The notes: generated by a model from the sequence alone, not told the origin. A stretch of DNA of 35,731 bases from Chloroflexaceae bacterium (GCA_035327325.1 DAOLDO010000001.1:1-35731); one strand, 5' to 3'. Shown: positions 16,702 through 25,259, numbered from the stretch's first letter. Numbers and translations are program-made.

Positions 16702-16953
16702 CTAGTGGCGGTGCTGGCTATCACCGTTCTGCTGATCCGGAGCGCGGCCGTGGCCCCCGTGGCCGCCGTGCATAAACAGATGGAGGAGCGGGCACAGGAG
16801 CAGTAGCGCGTACGGCAGGTAGCCCCAGAGATGTGCCGTGTGCTCGGTGACGAGATAAAAGCCGGCGATGGCGAGAAAGGCGAGCAGGGCGAGCCCTGCC
16901 GGTGAGCGCAAGAAGCGCCCGAGGCCGCCCGCCGACGAATGATCGCTGTGCAT
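16702..16953 (-). CDS. DUF2933-family small membrane protein with His/Gly tail
   Basis: GAGGAGAA RBS. The sequence LVTEHTAHLWGYLPYALLLLCPLLHLFMHGGHGGHG matches my recollection of the DUF2933 signature (EH.AH...LP..LLL.CPL.H.FMHGGHGGH). Confidence 0.75.
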   Translation of the reverse strand: MHSDHSSAGGLGRFLRSPAGLALLAFLAIAGFYLVTEHTAHLWGYLPYALLLLCPLLHLFMHGGHGGHGRAPDQQNGDSQHRH

Positions 16954-16990
16954 ACTGTTTCTCCTCGCGCCAATGTAGCGCTATGTTTGT

Positions 16991-17007
16991 CCCGATGCAT
17001 CATCGGG
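16991..17007. promoter_or_regulatory. perfect 7-3-7 palindrome CCCGATG-CAT-CATCGGG
   Basis: Arms 16991-16997 and 17001-17007 are exact reverse complements. The palindrome lies between the DUF2933 start codon (38 nt away) and pentamer array C-left. Confidence 0.35.
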
Positions 17008-17014
17008 CACCCCC

Positions 17015-17052
17015 CTGAGGCTCCGCTGAGGCTGCTCTTAAGGCTCCCTGAA
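17015..17052 (-). promoter_or_regulatory. 11-bp-phased pentamer array C-left upstream of the DUF2933 operon
   Basis: On the + strand: CTGAG 17015, CTGAG 17026, CTTAA 17037, CTGAA 17048. The extended units are CTGAGGCT, CTGAGGCT, CTTAAGGCT and CTGAATCT. The proximal unit is 62 nt from ATG 16953. Confidence 0.5.
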
Positions 17053-17068
17053 TCTGCCTCTGCCGGCA

Positions 17069-17095
17069 TTCAGCCGCGGCTCAGGCAGGCCTCAG
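17069..17095 (+). promoter_or_regulatory. 11-bp-phased pentamer array C-right upstream of the ABC1 kinase gene
   Basis: TTCAG 17069, CTCAG 17080, CTCAG 17091 on the + strand. The proximal unit is 44 nt from ATG 17139. A TGGAAT -10-like hexamer sits at 17103-17108. Confidence 0.5.
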
Positions 17096-17138
17096 TCGGC
17101 CGTGGAATGCTGCTGGCAACACGTCTCAAGGAGGTTCT

Positions 17139-18818
17139 ATGTCGTCAACACAGGAGCCAGCTGCGGTCAATGCCGCTGCACGCTCACGGCAGATTGCCGA
17201 AGTCCTCGCCCGCCACGGTCTTGGATATCTCGTCAACGTCTTCGGCCTGGAGCGCTATGTGCCGTTTCACCGGGGCCTGCTCGGCCACGCCCCTCGCGAC
17301 ACCCCGTACACACCGCCCGAGCATCTCCGTCTCGCGATCGAGGAGCTTGGCGCGACCTTCGCCAAGCTCGGCCAGTTGCTCTCGACCAGGGCCGACCTGC
17401 TCCCGCCAGCCTATCAGCGCGAGCTCGCCCTGCTCCAGGATCAGGTTCCCAGCGTGTCAGGGGATGCCATTGTCGCTGTGGTCGAGGTGGAGCTCGGCGG
17501 CCCTCTGGCGGGCCATTTCGCCACGTTTGAGCGGGAGCCGCTGGCTGCCGCTTCGATCGGACAGGCCCACGCGGCGACGCTACCAGACGGAACAGAGGTG
17601 GTGGTCAAGGTGCGCCGACCGGGCGTCGTCGCCCAGGTCGAAGCCGACCTCACCTTGCTGCGGGGCCTCGCCCAGACCGCACAGCGGCGCTGGTCGGCCG
17701 CCGAGCAGTACGACCTGGTCGCCCTTGCCGACGAGTTCGCGCGCACGATCCGCACCGAGCTTGACTACACCCAGGAGGCGCGCACGGTCGAGCGCTTCGC
17801 AACGAACTTCTCCACCAACCCGAACATCCATATCCCACGGGCCTTCTGGTCTCATTCGACTGACCGAGTACTCACACTGGAGCGTATCAGCGGGCTCAAG
17901 GTCACCGACATCGCCGCCCTCGACGCCGCGGGCATCGACCGCCGCGCGCTGGCGCGGCGGGCCACGGACGCAATCCTGCAGATGATCTTCGAGCACGGCC
18001 TCTTCCACGCCGATCCCCACCCCGGCAACCTCTTTATCGAGCCCGACGGGCGGATCGGGTTGATCGACTTCGGCATGGTCGGGACGGTCAGCGAGTCCGC
18101 CCGCGACGCCCTGGCGGCCGTCATGCTGGCGGTGCTGAGCCGCGACTACGAGCAACTCGTCGAGGCGCTGCTCGCCCTGGGCTTTGCGCGTCAGCGGGTC
18201 GATCGGCGGGCTCTGCGCGCTGATCTGGAGCGGCTGCTCACCCCGTACTACGGGCGTCCGATCGGCGAGATTGCCCTCGGGCCGCTGCTCGAGGCCGCCT
18301 TCGCGACGATCCGCACCCACCGGCTCCAGCTGCCGGCAGACCTGGCCCTGCTGCTGAAGACGCTGATTATGAGCGAGGGCATGGGCGCGCAACTCGACCC
18401 GCATTTCCGGCTCGCCGAGGCGATCGCACCCTACGCCCAGCGGCTGCTGCAGCAGCGCTACGCGCCCCTGCGTATAGCGCGCGAGTTGGCGTCGGCCGGC
18501 AGTGGAATGGCCAGGCTCGGCCTGGAGCTCCCGGCGCAGCTCCGCCAGATCGTCGCTGACCTCGAGCGCGGGGGACTGCAGGTCGGCTTGCGCCCAGAGG
18601 GCGTCGAGCCGATCCTGCAGCGCCTCGAACGGCTGGCGAATCGGCTCGTGCTCGGCATACTGGCCGCCGCCTTTATCGTCGGCCTGGCTGTGCTGCTGGC
18701 GGTCTTTCAACCCGCAGGGATCGAGCGCTGGGCCGGCGCGCTGTTCGCCTTCGGCTTTGCCGCTGCCCTGCTGCTGGGGATCGTGCTCGCCTGGAGCATC
18801 CTGCGCGGTGGGCGGTAG
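17139..18818 (+). CDS. ABC1/UbiB-family atypical kinase
   Basis: AAGGAGG RBS. Motifs: AAASIGQAHAATLPDGTEVVVKVRRPG, HADPHPGNLFI and IGLIDFGMVG. Two C-terminal TM helices. Confidence 0.85.
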   Translation: MSSTQEPAAVNAAARSRQIAEVLARHGLGYLVNVFGLERYVPFHRGLLGHAPRDTPYTPPEHLRLAIEELGATFAKLGQLLSTRADLLPPAYQRELALLQDQVPSVSGDAIVAVVEVELGGPLAGHFATFEREPLAAASIGQAHAATLPDGTEVVVKVRRPGVVAQVEADLTLLRGLAQTAQRRWSAAEQYDLVALADEFARTIRTELDYTQEARTVERFATNFSTNPNIHIPRAFWSHSTDRVLTLERISGLKVTDIAALDAAGIDRRALARRATDAILQMIFEHGLFHADPHPGNLFIEPDGRIGLIDFGMVGTVSESARDALAAVMLAVLSRDYEQLVEALLALGFARQRVDRRALRADLERLLTPYYGRPIGEIALGPLLEAAFATIRTHRLQLPADLALLLKTLIMSEGMGAQLDPHFRLAEAIAPYAQRLLQQRYAPLRIARELASAGSGMARLGLELPAQLRQIVADLERGGLQVGLRPEGVEPILQRLERLANRLVLGILAAAFIVGLAVLLAVFQPAGIERWAGALFAFGFAAALLLGIVLAWSILRGGR

Positions 18819-18853
18819 CACATCGCCCGGCTCGGTCTCACATGAGGCTCCAC

Positions 18854-19555
18854 TCAGCCGACCTGCGAGTCTGGAATACCGATAATCTCGTGTCGTGAGG
18901 GCAGGCCCCCATAGCGCCTAGCAACGACGAGGTAAACCCACAGGCAGGCAGCCAACCAGGCCAGCCCCGCAGCATAGCCGGCGATGACATCGCTGAGGTA
19001 GTGAACGCTCAGGTAGAGCCGGCTAAAGCCGATCAGCAGGATCAGCAGGCTCGCCCCTCCCCAGACCGACAGCCTCGCCGATCGGGCCGCTGTCTGAGCT
19101 GCGACAAGTGCGGACAGCAGCCCGTAGGTGACGAGTGCGATCATCGCGTGCCCGCTTGGAAAACCCGTGCTTTCTTCAAAGCGATCCCCATGCCCAACGA
19201 CTGGGCGCAGCACCTCAAAGTATTCCTTGAGGACACGGTTGAAGACGATCACGCCGCCAACAGCTACTATCCATAGAAACAGTTCTGGCCAAGCGCGCCG
19301 AAACATAAGGTAAGCGACTACAGCTGCCGCAATAAAGAGCAGGCCATTTCCACCGAAGAATGACACTGCATTCATGCTTAGCGTGATCCAATCAATATGA
19401 CGATCGTTCAGATCATGAAGCAGAGTCCCGAGCCACACGTCTACACGATTTACCGGGCTGCCAATGGCGTACAACACGCCCAATAGCGCAAAGACAACGA
19501 CGGCGACGATGGCCGTAACAAGCAGGATACGCGGAGGAAAGCGCAGTTCAACCAT
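18854..19555 (-). CDS. PAP2-family phosphatase (membrane)
   Basis: Trimmed to ATG 19555 (AAGGGGA 6 nt upstream). The three PAP2 motifs are present: KEYFEVLRP (KxxxxxxRP), PSGH and SRLYLSVHYLSD. Confidence 0.8.
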   Translation of the reverse strand: MVELRFPPRILLVTAIVAVVVFALLGVLYAIGSPVNRVDVWLGTLLHDLNDRHIDWITLSMNAVSFFGGNGLLFIAAAVVAYLMFRRAWPELFLWIVAVGGVIVFNRVLKEYFEVLRPVVGHGDRFEESTGFPSGHAMIALVTYGLLSALVAAQTAARSARLSVWGGASLLILLIGFSRLYLSVHYLSDVIAGYAAGLAWLAACLWVYLVVARRYGGLPSRHEIIGIPDSQVG

Positions 19556-19695
19556 CGCGATGTGTCCCCTTGGTGTGCAGTGTACTCGTGTAGCATGAGG
19601 CGTTCGGCCGGTCGCGTGAGACGAGCTCACTTCACGATACAAAGCTGCCAAGCGTTTGTCAATTGCCTGGAAAAGATGGGCATGAATTGCACGAA

Positions 19696-19730
19696 AGAGC
19701 TGCTTGTCTTGTGGTAAAACAAGCAGCTCT
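19696..19730 (-). terminator. stem-loop downstream of the copA-cupredoxin operon
   Basis: Perfect 12-bp inverted repeat AGAGCTGCTTGT (19696-19707) / ACAAGCAGCTCT (19719-19730) with an 11-nt loop. It lies 36 nt past the cupredoxin stop. On the - strand the stem is followed only by TTCGTG, a weak U-tract. Confidence 0.4.
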
Positions 19731-19765
19731 GTATGAAGTGGCACGCTCTCCAAATCGCAGCTCTC

Positions 19766-20143
19766 TCACTCGACGATCAGCTTGCCGCGCAGCATGCCCA
19801 TCTGGCACTGGAACTCGTACTCACCGGGGGTGTCCGGCAGGAACTCCACCGGCACCGTCTCGCCCTCGGGCAGCTGCGCGCTCTTCTTGAAGTCGGGCAG
19901 CAGCACCATCTCGGAGCAGGCCGACGACTCGGCCCGCACGAAGTTGAGCCGCACCGGCTTGCCGCGCTCCACGACGATCACATCGGGTGTGTAGCCGCCC
20001 TTCACCAGCACCATCAACTCCTGATAGCCGCCGGCGCTGCGCGTGGCGCGCACGCCGGGCTTCTTCACCAGCCAGAAGAACCAGACAACCAGAGCGATGG
20101 CCGCGAGGCCGCCGACGATCACCGCAATCTTATCGGGGGACAT
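19766..20143 (-). CDS. membrane-anchored cupredoxin-like (Cupredoxin_1) protein
   Basis: AAGGAG RBS and an N-terminal TM anchor. A small beta domain carries SSACSEMVLLPDF and GEYEFQCQMGMLRGKLIVE (Cys/Met ligand pattern). It sits in the usual position immediately downstream of a CopA gene. Confidence 0.7.
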   Translation of the reverse strand: MSPDKIAVIVGGLAAIALVVWFFWLVKKPGVRATRSAGGYQELMVLVKGGYTPDVIVVERGKPVRLNFVRAESSACSEMVLLPDFKKSAQLPEGETVPVEFLPDTPGEYEFQCQMGMLRGKLIVE

Positions 20144-20167
20144 GGCGTTACTCCTTCATTGCATGGA

Positions 20168-20188
20168 GGGCGCGAGAGGAACGCGCCC
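20168..20188 (-). other. GC-rich intercistronic hairpin between copA and the cupredoxin gene
   Basis: GGGCGCG (20168-20174) / CGCGCCC (20182-20188) form a 7-bp stem with a 7-nt loop. No U-tract follows, so it is not an obvious intrinsic terminator. Confidence 0.3.
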
Positions 20189-20201
20189 CTATGTACTCAT
20201 C

Positions 20202-22877
20202 CTAGACTCGAGGCTTCCAGCGCTTCAGCCGGTTAGCATTGCTGATCACGGTCACGCTGCTGAACGACATGGCCAGGGCGGCCAGCAGCGGCGAGAGTAG
20301 CAGCCCAGTGAAGGGGTAGAGCACGCCCAGGGCGACCGGCAGGCCGAGGGTGTTGTAGATGAAGGCCCCGAAAAGGTTCTGGTAGACGTTGGCCATCGTC
20401 GCCCGGCTGATCTGGATGGCGGTAACCACTCCGGTCAGGCTCCCCTTGATCAGGGTGATGTCAGCCGCCTCGATCGCCACATCGGTGCCCGTGCCAATCG
20501 CCAGGCCCACGTCGGCCTGGGCCAGGGCCGGCGCGTCGTTGATCCCATCGCCCACCATCGCGACCTTCTTGCCTTCGAGTTGGAGCCGCTGCACGTTGAG
20601 CGCCTTGTCCTGGGGTAACACCTCGGCCAGCACCCGGTCCACCCCCACCTGCCGCGCGATCGCCTTCGCGGTGCGCTCGTTGTCGCCAGTGATCATCACC
20701 ACCTCCAGGCCCAGCCGCTTCATCGCAGCGATGGCGGCCTGCGAGTCCGCCTTCACCGTGTCGGCCACGGCGACGATGCCGGCGGCCCGCCCGTCGAGGA
20801 TCACAAACATTGGCGTCTTGCCGTCGTCGGCCAGCCGCTGCGCCTCGGCCTCCAGGCGGCCCGGGTCGATCCCCGCCCGCTCGAGCAGCTTGCGATTGCC
20901 GATCTGCAGCTCGCGCCCATCCACGGTGGCAATCACGCCATGGCCGGGGACGGCCTCGAAGCCGGCGAGTGTGCCCGCGGCTAGCCCGCGCGCCTCGGCC
21001 CCCTCGACGATCGCCTGGGCCAGTGGGTGCTCGGAGGCCCGCTCGACGGTGGCGGCCAGGCGCAGCACCTCGTGCTCGTCGTAGCCCTCGAGCAGGACGA
21101 TGTCGGTGAGGGCCGGCTTGCCCTCGGTGATCGTGCCGGTCTTGTCCAGCACCACGGCGTTGAGCTTTGCCGCAGTCTGCAGCGCGTCGCCCGAGCGGAT
21201 GAGGATGCCGTGCTGGGCGCCTAACCCGACGCCCGTGGTCAGGCTCATCGGCGTGGCCATGCCCAGCGCGCAGGGGCAGGCGATGATCAGCGTCGTCACC
21301 GCGACGATCAGGGCGTAGGTGAGGGCCGGGGCCGGGCCGAAGACGTACCAGACCACGAAGCCCACGATGGCCAGGATCATCACCGCCGGGGTGAAGTAGG
21401 CCGAGACCCGATCAACAACCCGCTGGATAGGCACCTTGCTGCCCTGGGCGTCCTGCACCAGCCGGATAATGTTGGCCAGGGCAGTGTCCTTGCCGACCCT
21501 GGTGGCGCGGAAGACGAAGGCGCCGGTCTTGTTGATCGTGGCGCCAATCACCTCGTCATCCATCTTCTTCGACACGGGCAGCGACTCGCCGGTGATCATG
21601 CTCTCGTCCACCGCCGACTGGCCCTCGACCACCACGCCGTCCACCGGGATCTTCTCACCAGGGCGCACCACGATCAAGTCGCCGACCAGCACCTCCTCGA
21701 CCGGGATGTCCTGCTCCTGGCCGCCCCGACGCACCCGGGCGGTGCGGGGCTGGAGCCCGATCAGCTTCTTGATCGCCTCGGAGGTACGCCCCTTGGCCTT
21801 GATCTCGAGGGCCAGGCCGAGGACCACCAGGGCGATGACCACGACGGTGACGTCGTAGTAGACGTCGGTCATCGCCTCGTCGGGGAAGAGCTGGGGAAAG
21901 AACAGGGCGATGGTGGAGTAGAGCCAGGCCACGCTGGTGCCCAGGGCGATCAACGTGTGCATGTTCGCTGAGCGGTGCTTGAGCCCTTCCCACATGCCGA
22001 CGAAGAACTGACTGCCGGAGTAGACCAGCACGGCCAGGCTAGCGAGGCCCATCACGAACCAGGTCCACCAGAGGGCCTCGCTCCCGCGGGGAAGCCAGTC
22101 GCGCAGGCCGGGGATCAGGTAGGGGTAGGAGAGGACCATGGTCGGGACGCCGACGGCGGCGCCGAACCACCACTTGCGCATCAGCGAGCGATACTCGACG
22201 GCGGTCGCCTCAGCCTCGCGGTCCTGCTCAGGCGCGCTGGCCTCGGCGGCACGGGCGGCCTTGTAGGGGCCGGCGTGCTCCACCGCGCGGGTCAGCAGCC
22301 CCAGGTCGCCGATGACCGGGGCGTAGACGACGCGCACCTCGTTGGAGGCAGCGCTCATGGTCGCGTCGAGGACGCCGGGCACGGCCTTGAGCGCGTCCTC
22401 GATCCGGGCGACGCACTCAGCGCAGTAGAGGCCGCTCACCTTGAGGCGCAGGTTCTGGTCGGCCGGGCGGAAGCCGGCCGCGCGCACAGCGCCGAGCAGG
22501 GCCGCGACGCTCGTCTGTGCCGGGTCGTACTCGATAATAAGTTGCCGGCCTTTGACGTTCGCATTCACGCGCGTCACCCCCGGCACCAGGCCGACGGCGC
22601 GCTCCAGTGCCGGGGCGCCGGCCCGCTCGAGTTCGGCGAGCGGTAGCACGAGACGGGCCGGAGCGGCTCCGCCGGGGGGAACGCCCGTCGTTGGCGATGC
22701 AGGCGCGAGGTAGTGGGCCGGGTTGCGGTCAAAGGTGGCCGCGCAGTCGTTCGAGCAGAAGTGGAGGACGAGGCCGTCAATGGTGCGCGTTGCCGCGGCT
22801 TGCTCGGGGGCAAACTCCATGCCGCAGACCGGGTCACGCAGGCTCGTAGGTGTAGGTACAGATGTAGATGCCGCCAT
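20202..22877 (-). CDS. copA: copper-translocating P1B-1 ATPase with N-terminal TRASH/YHS domain and two HMA folds
   Basis: Trimmed to ATG 22877 (AAGGAAAGG upstream). TRASH/YHS domain: DPVCGMEF...[19 protein letters not shown]. The first HMA-like fold has no CxxC; the second has GLYCAECV. Motifs: [42 protein letters not shown] and AMSFSS. Confidence 0.9.
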   Translation of the reverse strand: MAASTSVPTPTSLRDPVCGMEFAPEQAAATRTIDGLVLHFCSNDCAATFDRNPAHYLAPASPTTGVPPGGAAPARLVLPLAELERAGAPALERAVGLVPGVTRVNANVKGRQLIIEYDPAQTSVAALLGAVRAAGFRPADQNLRLKVSGLYCAECVARIEDALKAVPGVLDATMSAASNEVRVVYAPVIGDLGLLTRAVEHAGPYKAARAAEASAPEQDREAEATAVEYRSLMRKWWFGAAVGVPTMVLSYPYLIPGLRDWLPRGSEALWWTWFVMGLASLAVLVYSGSQFFVGMWEGLKHRSANMHTLIALGTSVAWLYSTIALFFPQLFPDEAMTDVYYDVTVVVIALVVLGLALEIKAKGRTSEAIKKLIGLQPRTARVRRGGQEQDIPVEEVLVGDLIVVRPGEKIPVDGVVVEGQSAVDESMITGESLPVSKKMDDEVIGATINKTGAFVFRATRVGKDTALANIIRLVQDAQGSKVPIQRVVDRVSAYFTPAVMILAIVGFVVWYVFGPAPALTYALIVAVTTLIIACPCALGMATPMSLTTGVGLGAQHGILIRSGDALQTAAKLNAVVLDKTGTITEGKPALTDIVLLEGYDEHEVLRLAATVERASEHPLAQAIVEGAEARGLAAGTLAGFEAVPGHGVIATVDGRELQIGNRKLLERAGIDPGRLEAEAQRLADDGKTPMFVILDGRAAGIVAVADTVKADSQAAIAAMKRLGLEVVMITGDNERTAKAIARQVGVDRVLAEVLPQDKALNVQRLQLEGKKVAMVGDGINDAPALAQADVGLAIGTGTDVAIEAADITLIKGSLTGVVTAIQISRATMANVYQNLFGAFIYNTLGLPVALGVLYPFTGLLLSPLLAALAMSFSSVTVISNANRLKRWKPRV

Positions 22878-22956
22878 CAGATTGCCGCCTTTCCTTGGAG
22901 GGTGGTCGTGCGGCAGAGGTGAGCCCTGCCGCCTGACGACAGCGTAGATGGCGGCG

Positions 22957-22994
22957 CTGAGTCCGGGCTGAGTCGTCACTGATAAGAGGCTTAG
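22957..22994 (-). promoter_or_regulatory. 11-bp-phased pentamer array B upstream of copA
   Basis: On the + strand: CTGAG 22957, CTGAG 22968, CTGAT 22979, CTTAG 22990. GCTGAGTC is repeated exactly (22956-22963 and 22967-22974). The proximal unit is 80 nt from ATG 22877. Confidence 0.5.
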
Positions 22995-23078
22995 GGGTAG
23001 GCGCCCACGAGTACGCGGCACAACCAGACCGCGCTGGCCGTCGGGCCAACGGGGTGCAGCACGGCGAGCATGGTGAGG

Positions 23079-23702
23079 CTACCGCACGTCGGGCACGCCG
23101 TTCCCGCCCGTGCAGGTCGCTCCTGGCTCCGGCGTCTGGGGGCCCTGCTGGTATTTGGCTACGAACTGGGCGAGGCGCACATCGGCGGGGTCGTCGACGG
23201 CAAGCTGCAGCCCCCAGGCCGTGGCAACGACCGGCGACGTGATCCGCTCGTGGGGTGCAAGCAGGACGTAGGGGCGGCCGCGGGCGAGCCGTCGCAGCTG
23301 CTCAACCTGGTCCGCCGCAAGATCGGGCCGGTAGGCCAGCCAGACGGCGCCGTGCTCGAGCGAATGCACAGCCAACTCGTCGATCACAGGTTTGCTATAC
23401 ATGCCGCAGTTCTGCCAGGCCGGGCTGTGGGTTCCACCGGCGGGAGGGATTTGCTCGTAGGCGACAGGCGCAGCCAGATGCTCCGGCGCCAGGGACGGCA
23501 GGGTGACCACGCCGTCGATCACCTCTGGTACTGCCACGTCCGGCGCACGGGCCGGGCGCAGGACCAGCGTTGCCAGGACGGCGCCGAGCACACCGACGGC
23601 GGCCATGGCGGCAATGATCCGCCAGGGGCGGCGCGACTCGGCAGGAGCCGCACGGCCGCGGCGCCGTCGAGAAGATGGTTGTTGTGAGGTGGCTCCGGAC
23701 AT
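23079..23702 (-). CDS. DUF3105-family protein, membrane anchored
   Basis: Start moved to ATG 23702 (AAGGAGAA 5 nt upstream); the listed GTG at 23720 would include this RBS. TM anchor, then PPAGGTHSPAWQNCGMY...AVHSLEHGAVWLAYRPDL...TAWG, the core I recall for DUF3105. Confidence 0.75.
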   Translation of the reverse strand: MSGATSQQPSSRRRRGRAAPAESRRPWRIIAAMAAVGVLGAVLATLVLRPARAPDVAVPEVIDGVVTLPSLAPEHLAAPVAYEQIPPAGGTHSPAWQNCGMYSKPVIDELAVHSLEHGAVWLAYRPDLAADQVEQLRRLARGRPYVLLAPHERITSPVVATAWGLQLAVDDPADVRLAQFVAKYQQGPQTPEPGATCTGGNGVPDVR

Positions 23703-23910
23703 CTTTGTTCTCCTTAACACTAGCGCCCGCCCCTCGTGCCTGGCCGTACCAGGATGCTGTGTTCATAGCAGACGATTACAACCATCGTCAAACCGAGCGC
23801 TTTTGTGTCCTCTGCTGCCCAGACATGTGCGCCAGATACCACAACTTTGCGTGATTAGGTACATCCAGCGACCTTTATTTCACGCGATTCGCCCACTCTT
23901 GCCAACAACA

Positions 23911-23939
23911 TTGCGCCTAGACCAGGCCAGTGTTAGGAT
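23911..23939 (+). promoter_or_regulatory. candidate sigma70-type promoter for the cytochrome c / DUF3105 pair
   Basis: TTGCGC (23911-23916), a 17-bp spacer ending in TGT, then TAGGAT (23934-23939), about 30 nt upstream of ATG 23973. It sits in the most AT-rich intergenic stretch of the window. This is a pattern match only. Confidence 0.25.
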
Positions 23940-23972
23940 ACAGCGACTCAACCGGCTCGAGCAGAGGTAGCT

Positions 23973-24431
23973 ATGCGCGGGTTTGTGATTGGTTTCGGCG
24001 TCATCCTCGTGGTCGGCCTGATTGCGCTCGCGGTCGCCCGCAGCGGCGAGGGCTCCGGCAGCCGTGCGAACCCCAACGACACGCGGTTGGTCGCGCAAGG
24101 CCGGATCGTCTATGGCCAGTACTGCGCCTCGTGCCACGGCGCCACCCTCGAGGGCCAGCCGAACTGGCAGGACGAGCTCCCGGAGGGCGGCCGGCTGGCG
24201 CCGCCCCACGATGCGAGCGGCCACACCTGGCACCACGCCGACGCGCTGCTCTTCGAGATCGTGCAAAAGGGCCCTGAGGCCAACCCGCTGCCGGGCTATG
24301 TCTACCGCATGCCCGCGTTTGGCGGCACGCTCAACGATGACGAGATCTGGGCCGTGCTAGCCTATATCAAGAGTACATGGCCGCCCGATATCCTGGCAGC
24401 CCAAGAAGAGGTTAACACGCAATCCCGTTAA
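23973..24431 (+). CDS. membrane-anchored class I c-type cytochrome
   Basis: N-terminal TM anchor. One heme-binding CxxCH (YCASCHG). A distal Met is available in the YRMPAFGG context. Confidence 0.8.
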   Translation: MRGFVIGFGVILVVGLIALAVARSGEGSGSRANPNDTRLVAQGRIVYGQYCASCHGATLEGQPNWQDELPEGGRLAPPHDASGHTWHHADALLFEIVQKGPEANPLPGYVYRMPAFGGTLNDDEIWAVLAYIKSTWPPDILAAQEEVNTQSR

Positions 24432-24448
24432 CGGGGAGGGATGATTCA

Positions 24449-25078
24449 GTGAGTTCTCGATCACGCCGTACACCAGCGGCGCGCGCAAAACGCCCTCGCG
24501 GCGGCCAAACCGCTCCGGCGACACCCTCGCCCACCCGAACGCTCAAAACTCCTCTGCCCAAGCCGCGTCGCCGACGGAAGCCGACTGACTTCCTGCTCCT
24601 GGGGATGGCGCTGTTCGTTGCGACGGTTGGCGGCCTGCTGATCTACCGCGGCGTCGTACGCGCAACCACCGGCGAGGGTGTTGCCGTGCTGACCTCCAAC
24701 CACGTCGGTGCGGACGCACAGCCGGTATATAACTCGAATCCGCCGACCTCCGGCGACCACGTGACGAGCGAGGCGCCGTGGGGTATCTCGGCATCACCCT
24801 TGCCCGACATTGCGCTCGTGCACAATCTCGAGCATGGCGGCATTGTGCTGCACTACCGCCCGGATCTCGATGAGGCCCAGCGCCAGCAGCTCGAGGCCAT
24901 TGCCCGCGAACTCCTCCAGCGCAACCGGAAGGTTGTGCTTGCACCGCGCCCGGAAAACGAGAACCCGATCACGGCGACCGCCTGGGGACGCATCCTCCGC
25001 CTCCAGACCGTCGACCCCGATGCGATCAGGGGCTTCTTCAGCGCTCACATCAATCAGGGGCCGGAGCGCGTGTCGTAG
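24449..25078 (+). CDS. DUF3105-family protein, membrane anchored (second paralogue)
   Basis: GTG start with GGGGAGGG 8 nt upstream. Basic Pro-rich N-terminus, TM anchor, then PPTSGDHV...LVHNLEHGGIVLHYRPDL...TAWG. This is the same core as the protein at 23079..23702. Confidence 0.75.
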   Translation: MSSRSRRTPAARAKRPRGGQTAPATPSPTRTLKTPLPKPRRRRKPTDFLLLGMALFVATVGGLLIYRGVVRATTGEGVAVLTSNHVGADAQPVYNSNPPTSGDHVTSEAPWGISASPLPDIALVHNLEHGGIVLHYRPDLDEAQRQQLEAIARELLQRNRKVVLAPRPENENPITATAWGRILRLQTVDPDAIRGFFSAHINQGPERVS

Positions 25079-25091
25079 CACTGCCTGACCT

Positions 25092-25244
25092 TTAGCTGCG
25101 CCGGCGATGTTCGGGCCGGTGGCGCTCCCAGCGCGGCTGTCGACAGCAGGAGACCTTCGGGCGCGCCAGCAGCATGGCGCCGGCGATGAGCACAAACATC
25201 GCGGCGACAATGTGATCGCTGTGGGCGAGGATGAGATCCACCAT
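25092..25244 (-). CDS. possible 50-aa single-TM peptide (below the ORF-track cutoff)
   Basis: Hand translation gives MVDLILAHSDHIVAAMFVLIAGAMLLARPKVSCCRQPRWERHRPEHRRRS. AGGGGA lies 6 nt upstream, and the ORF starts 15 nt downstream of the methyltransferase stop. There is no homology support. Confidence 0.2.
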   Translation of the reverse strand: MVDLILAHSDHIVAAMFVLIAGAMLLARPKVSCCRQPRWERHRPEHRRRS

Positions 25245-25259
25245 ACCTGTTCCCCTGGC

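Noticed and set aside
22985-23018. TAGGGGTA-containing sequence upstream of copA as a CsoR-type operator
   Set aside because: It is not a convincing inverted repeat (GTAGGCG...CGAGTAC is imperfect), and no CsoR gene is present in the window.
20202-23021. Longer starts for copA (23021), DUF3105 (23720), PAP2 (19753), patatin (11763), SHOCT (5187) and the small membrane protein (8130), as listed in the ORF track
   Set aside because: Each internal ATG has a much better GGAGG-type RBS at 5-8 nt. The extensions are motif-free and, for patatin, would overlap the upstream gene by 230 nt.
23943-23960. GCGACTCAACC upstream of the cytochrome c gene, resembling the GCGACTCAG unit of array D-right
   Set aside because: It is a single unit. 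The next CTCGA is 9 bp away rather than 11, and there are no further phased copies.
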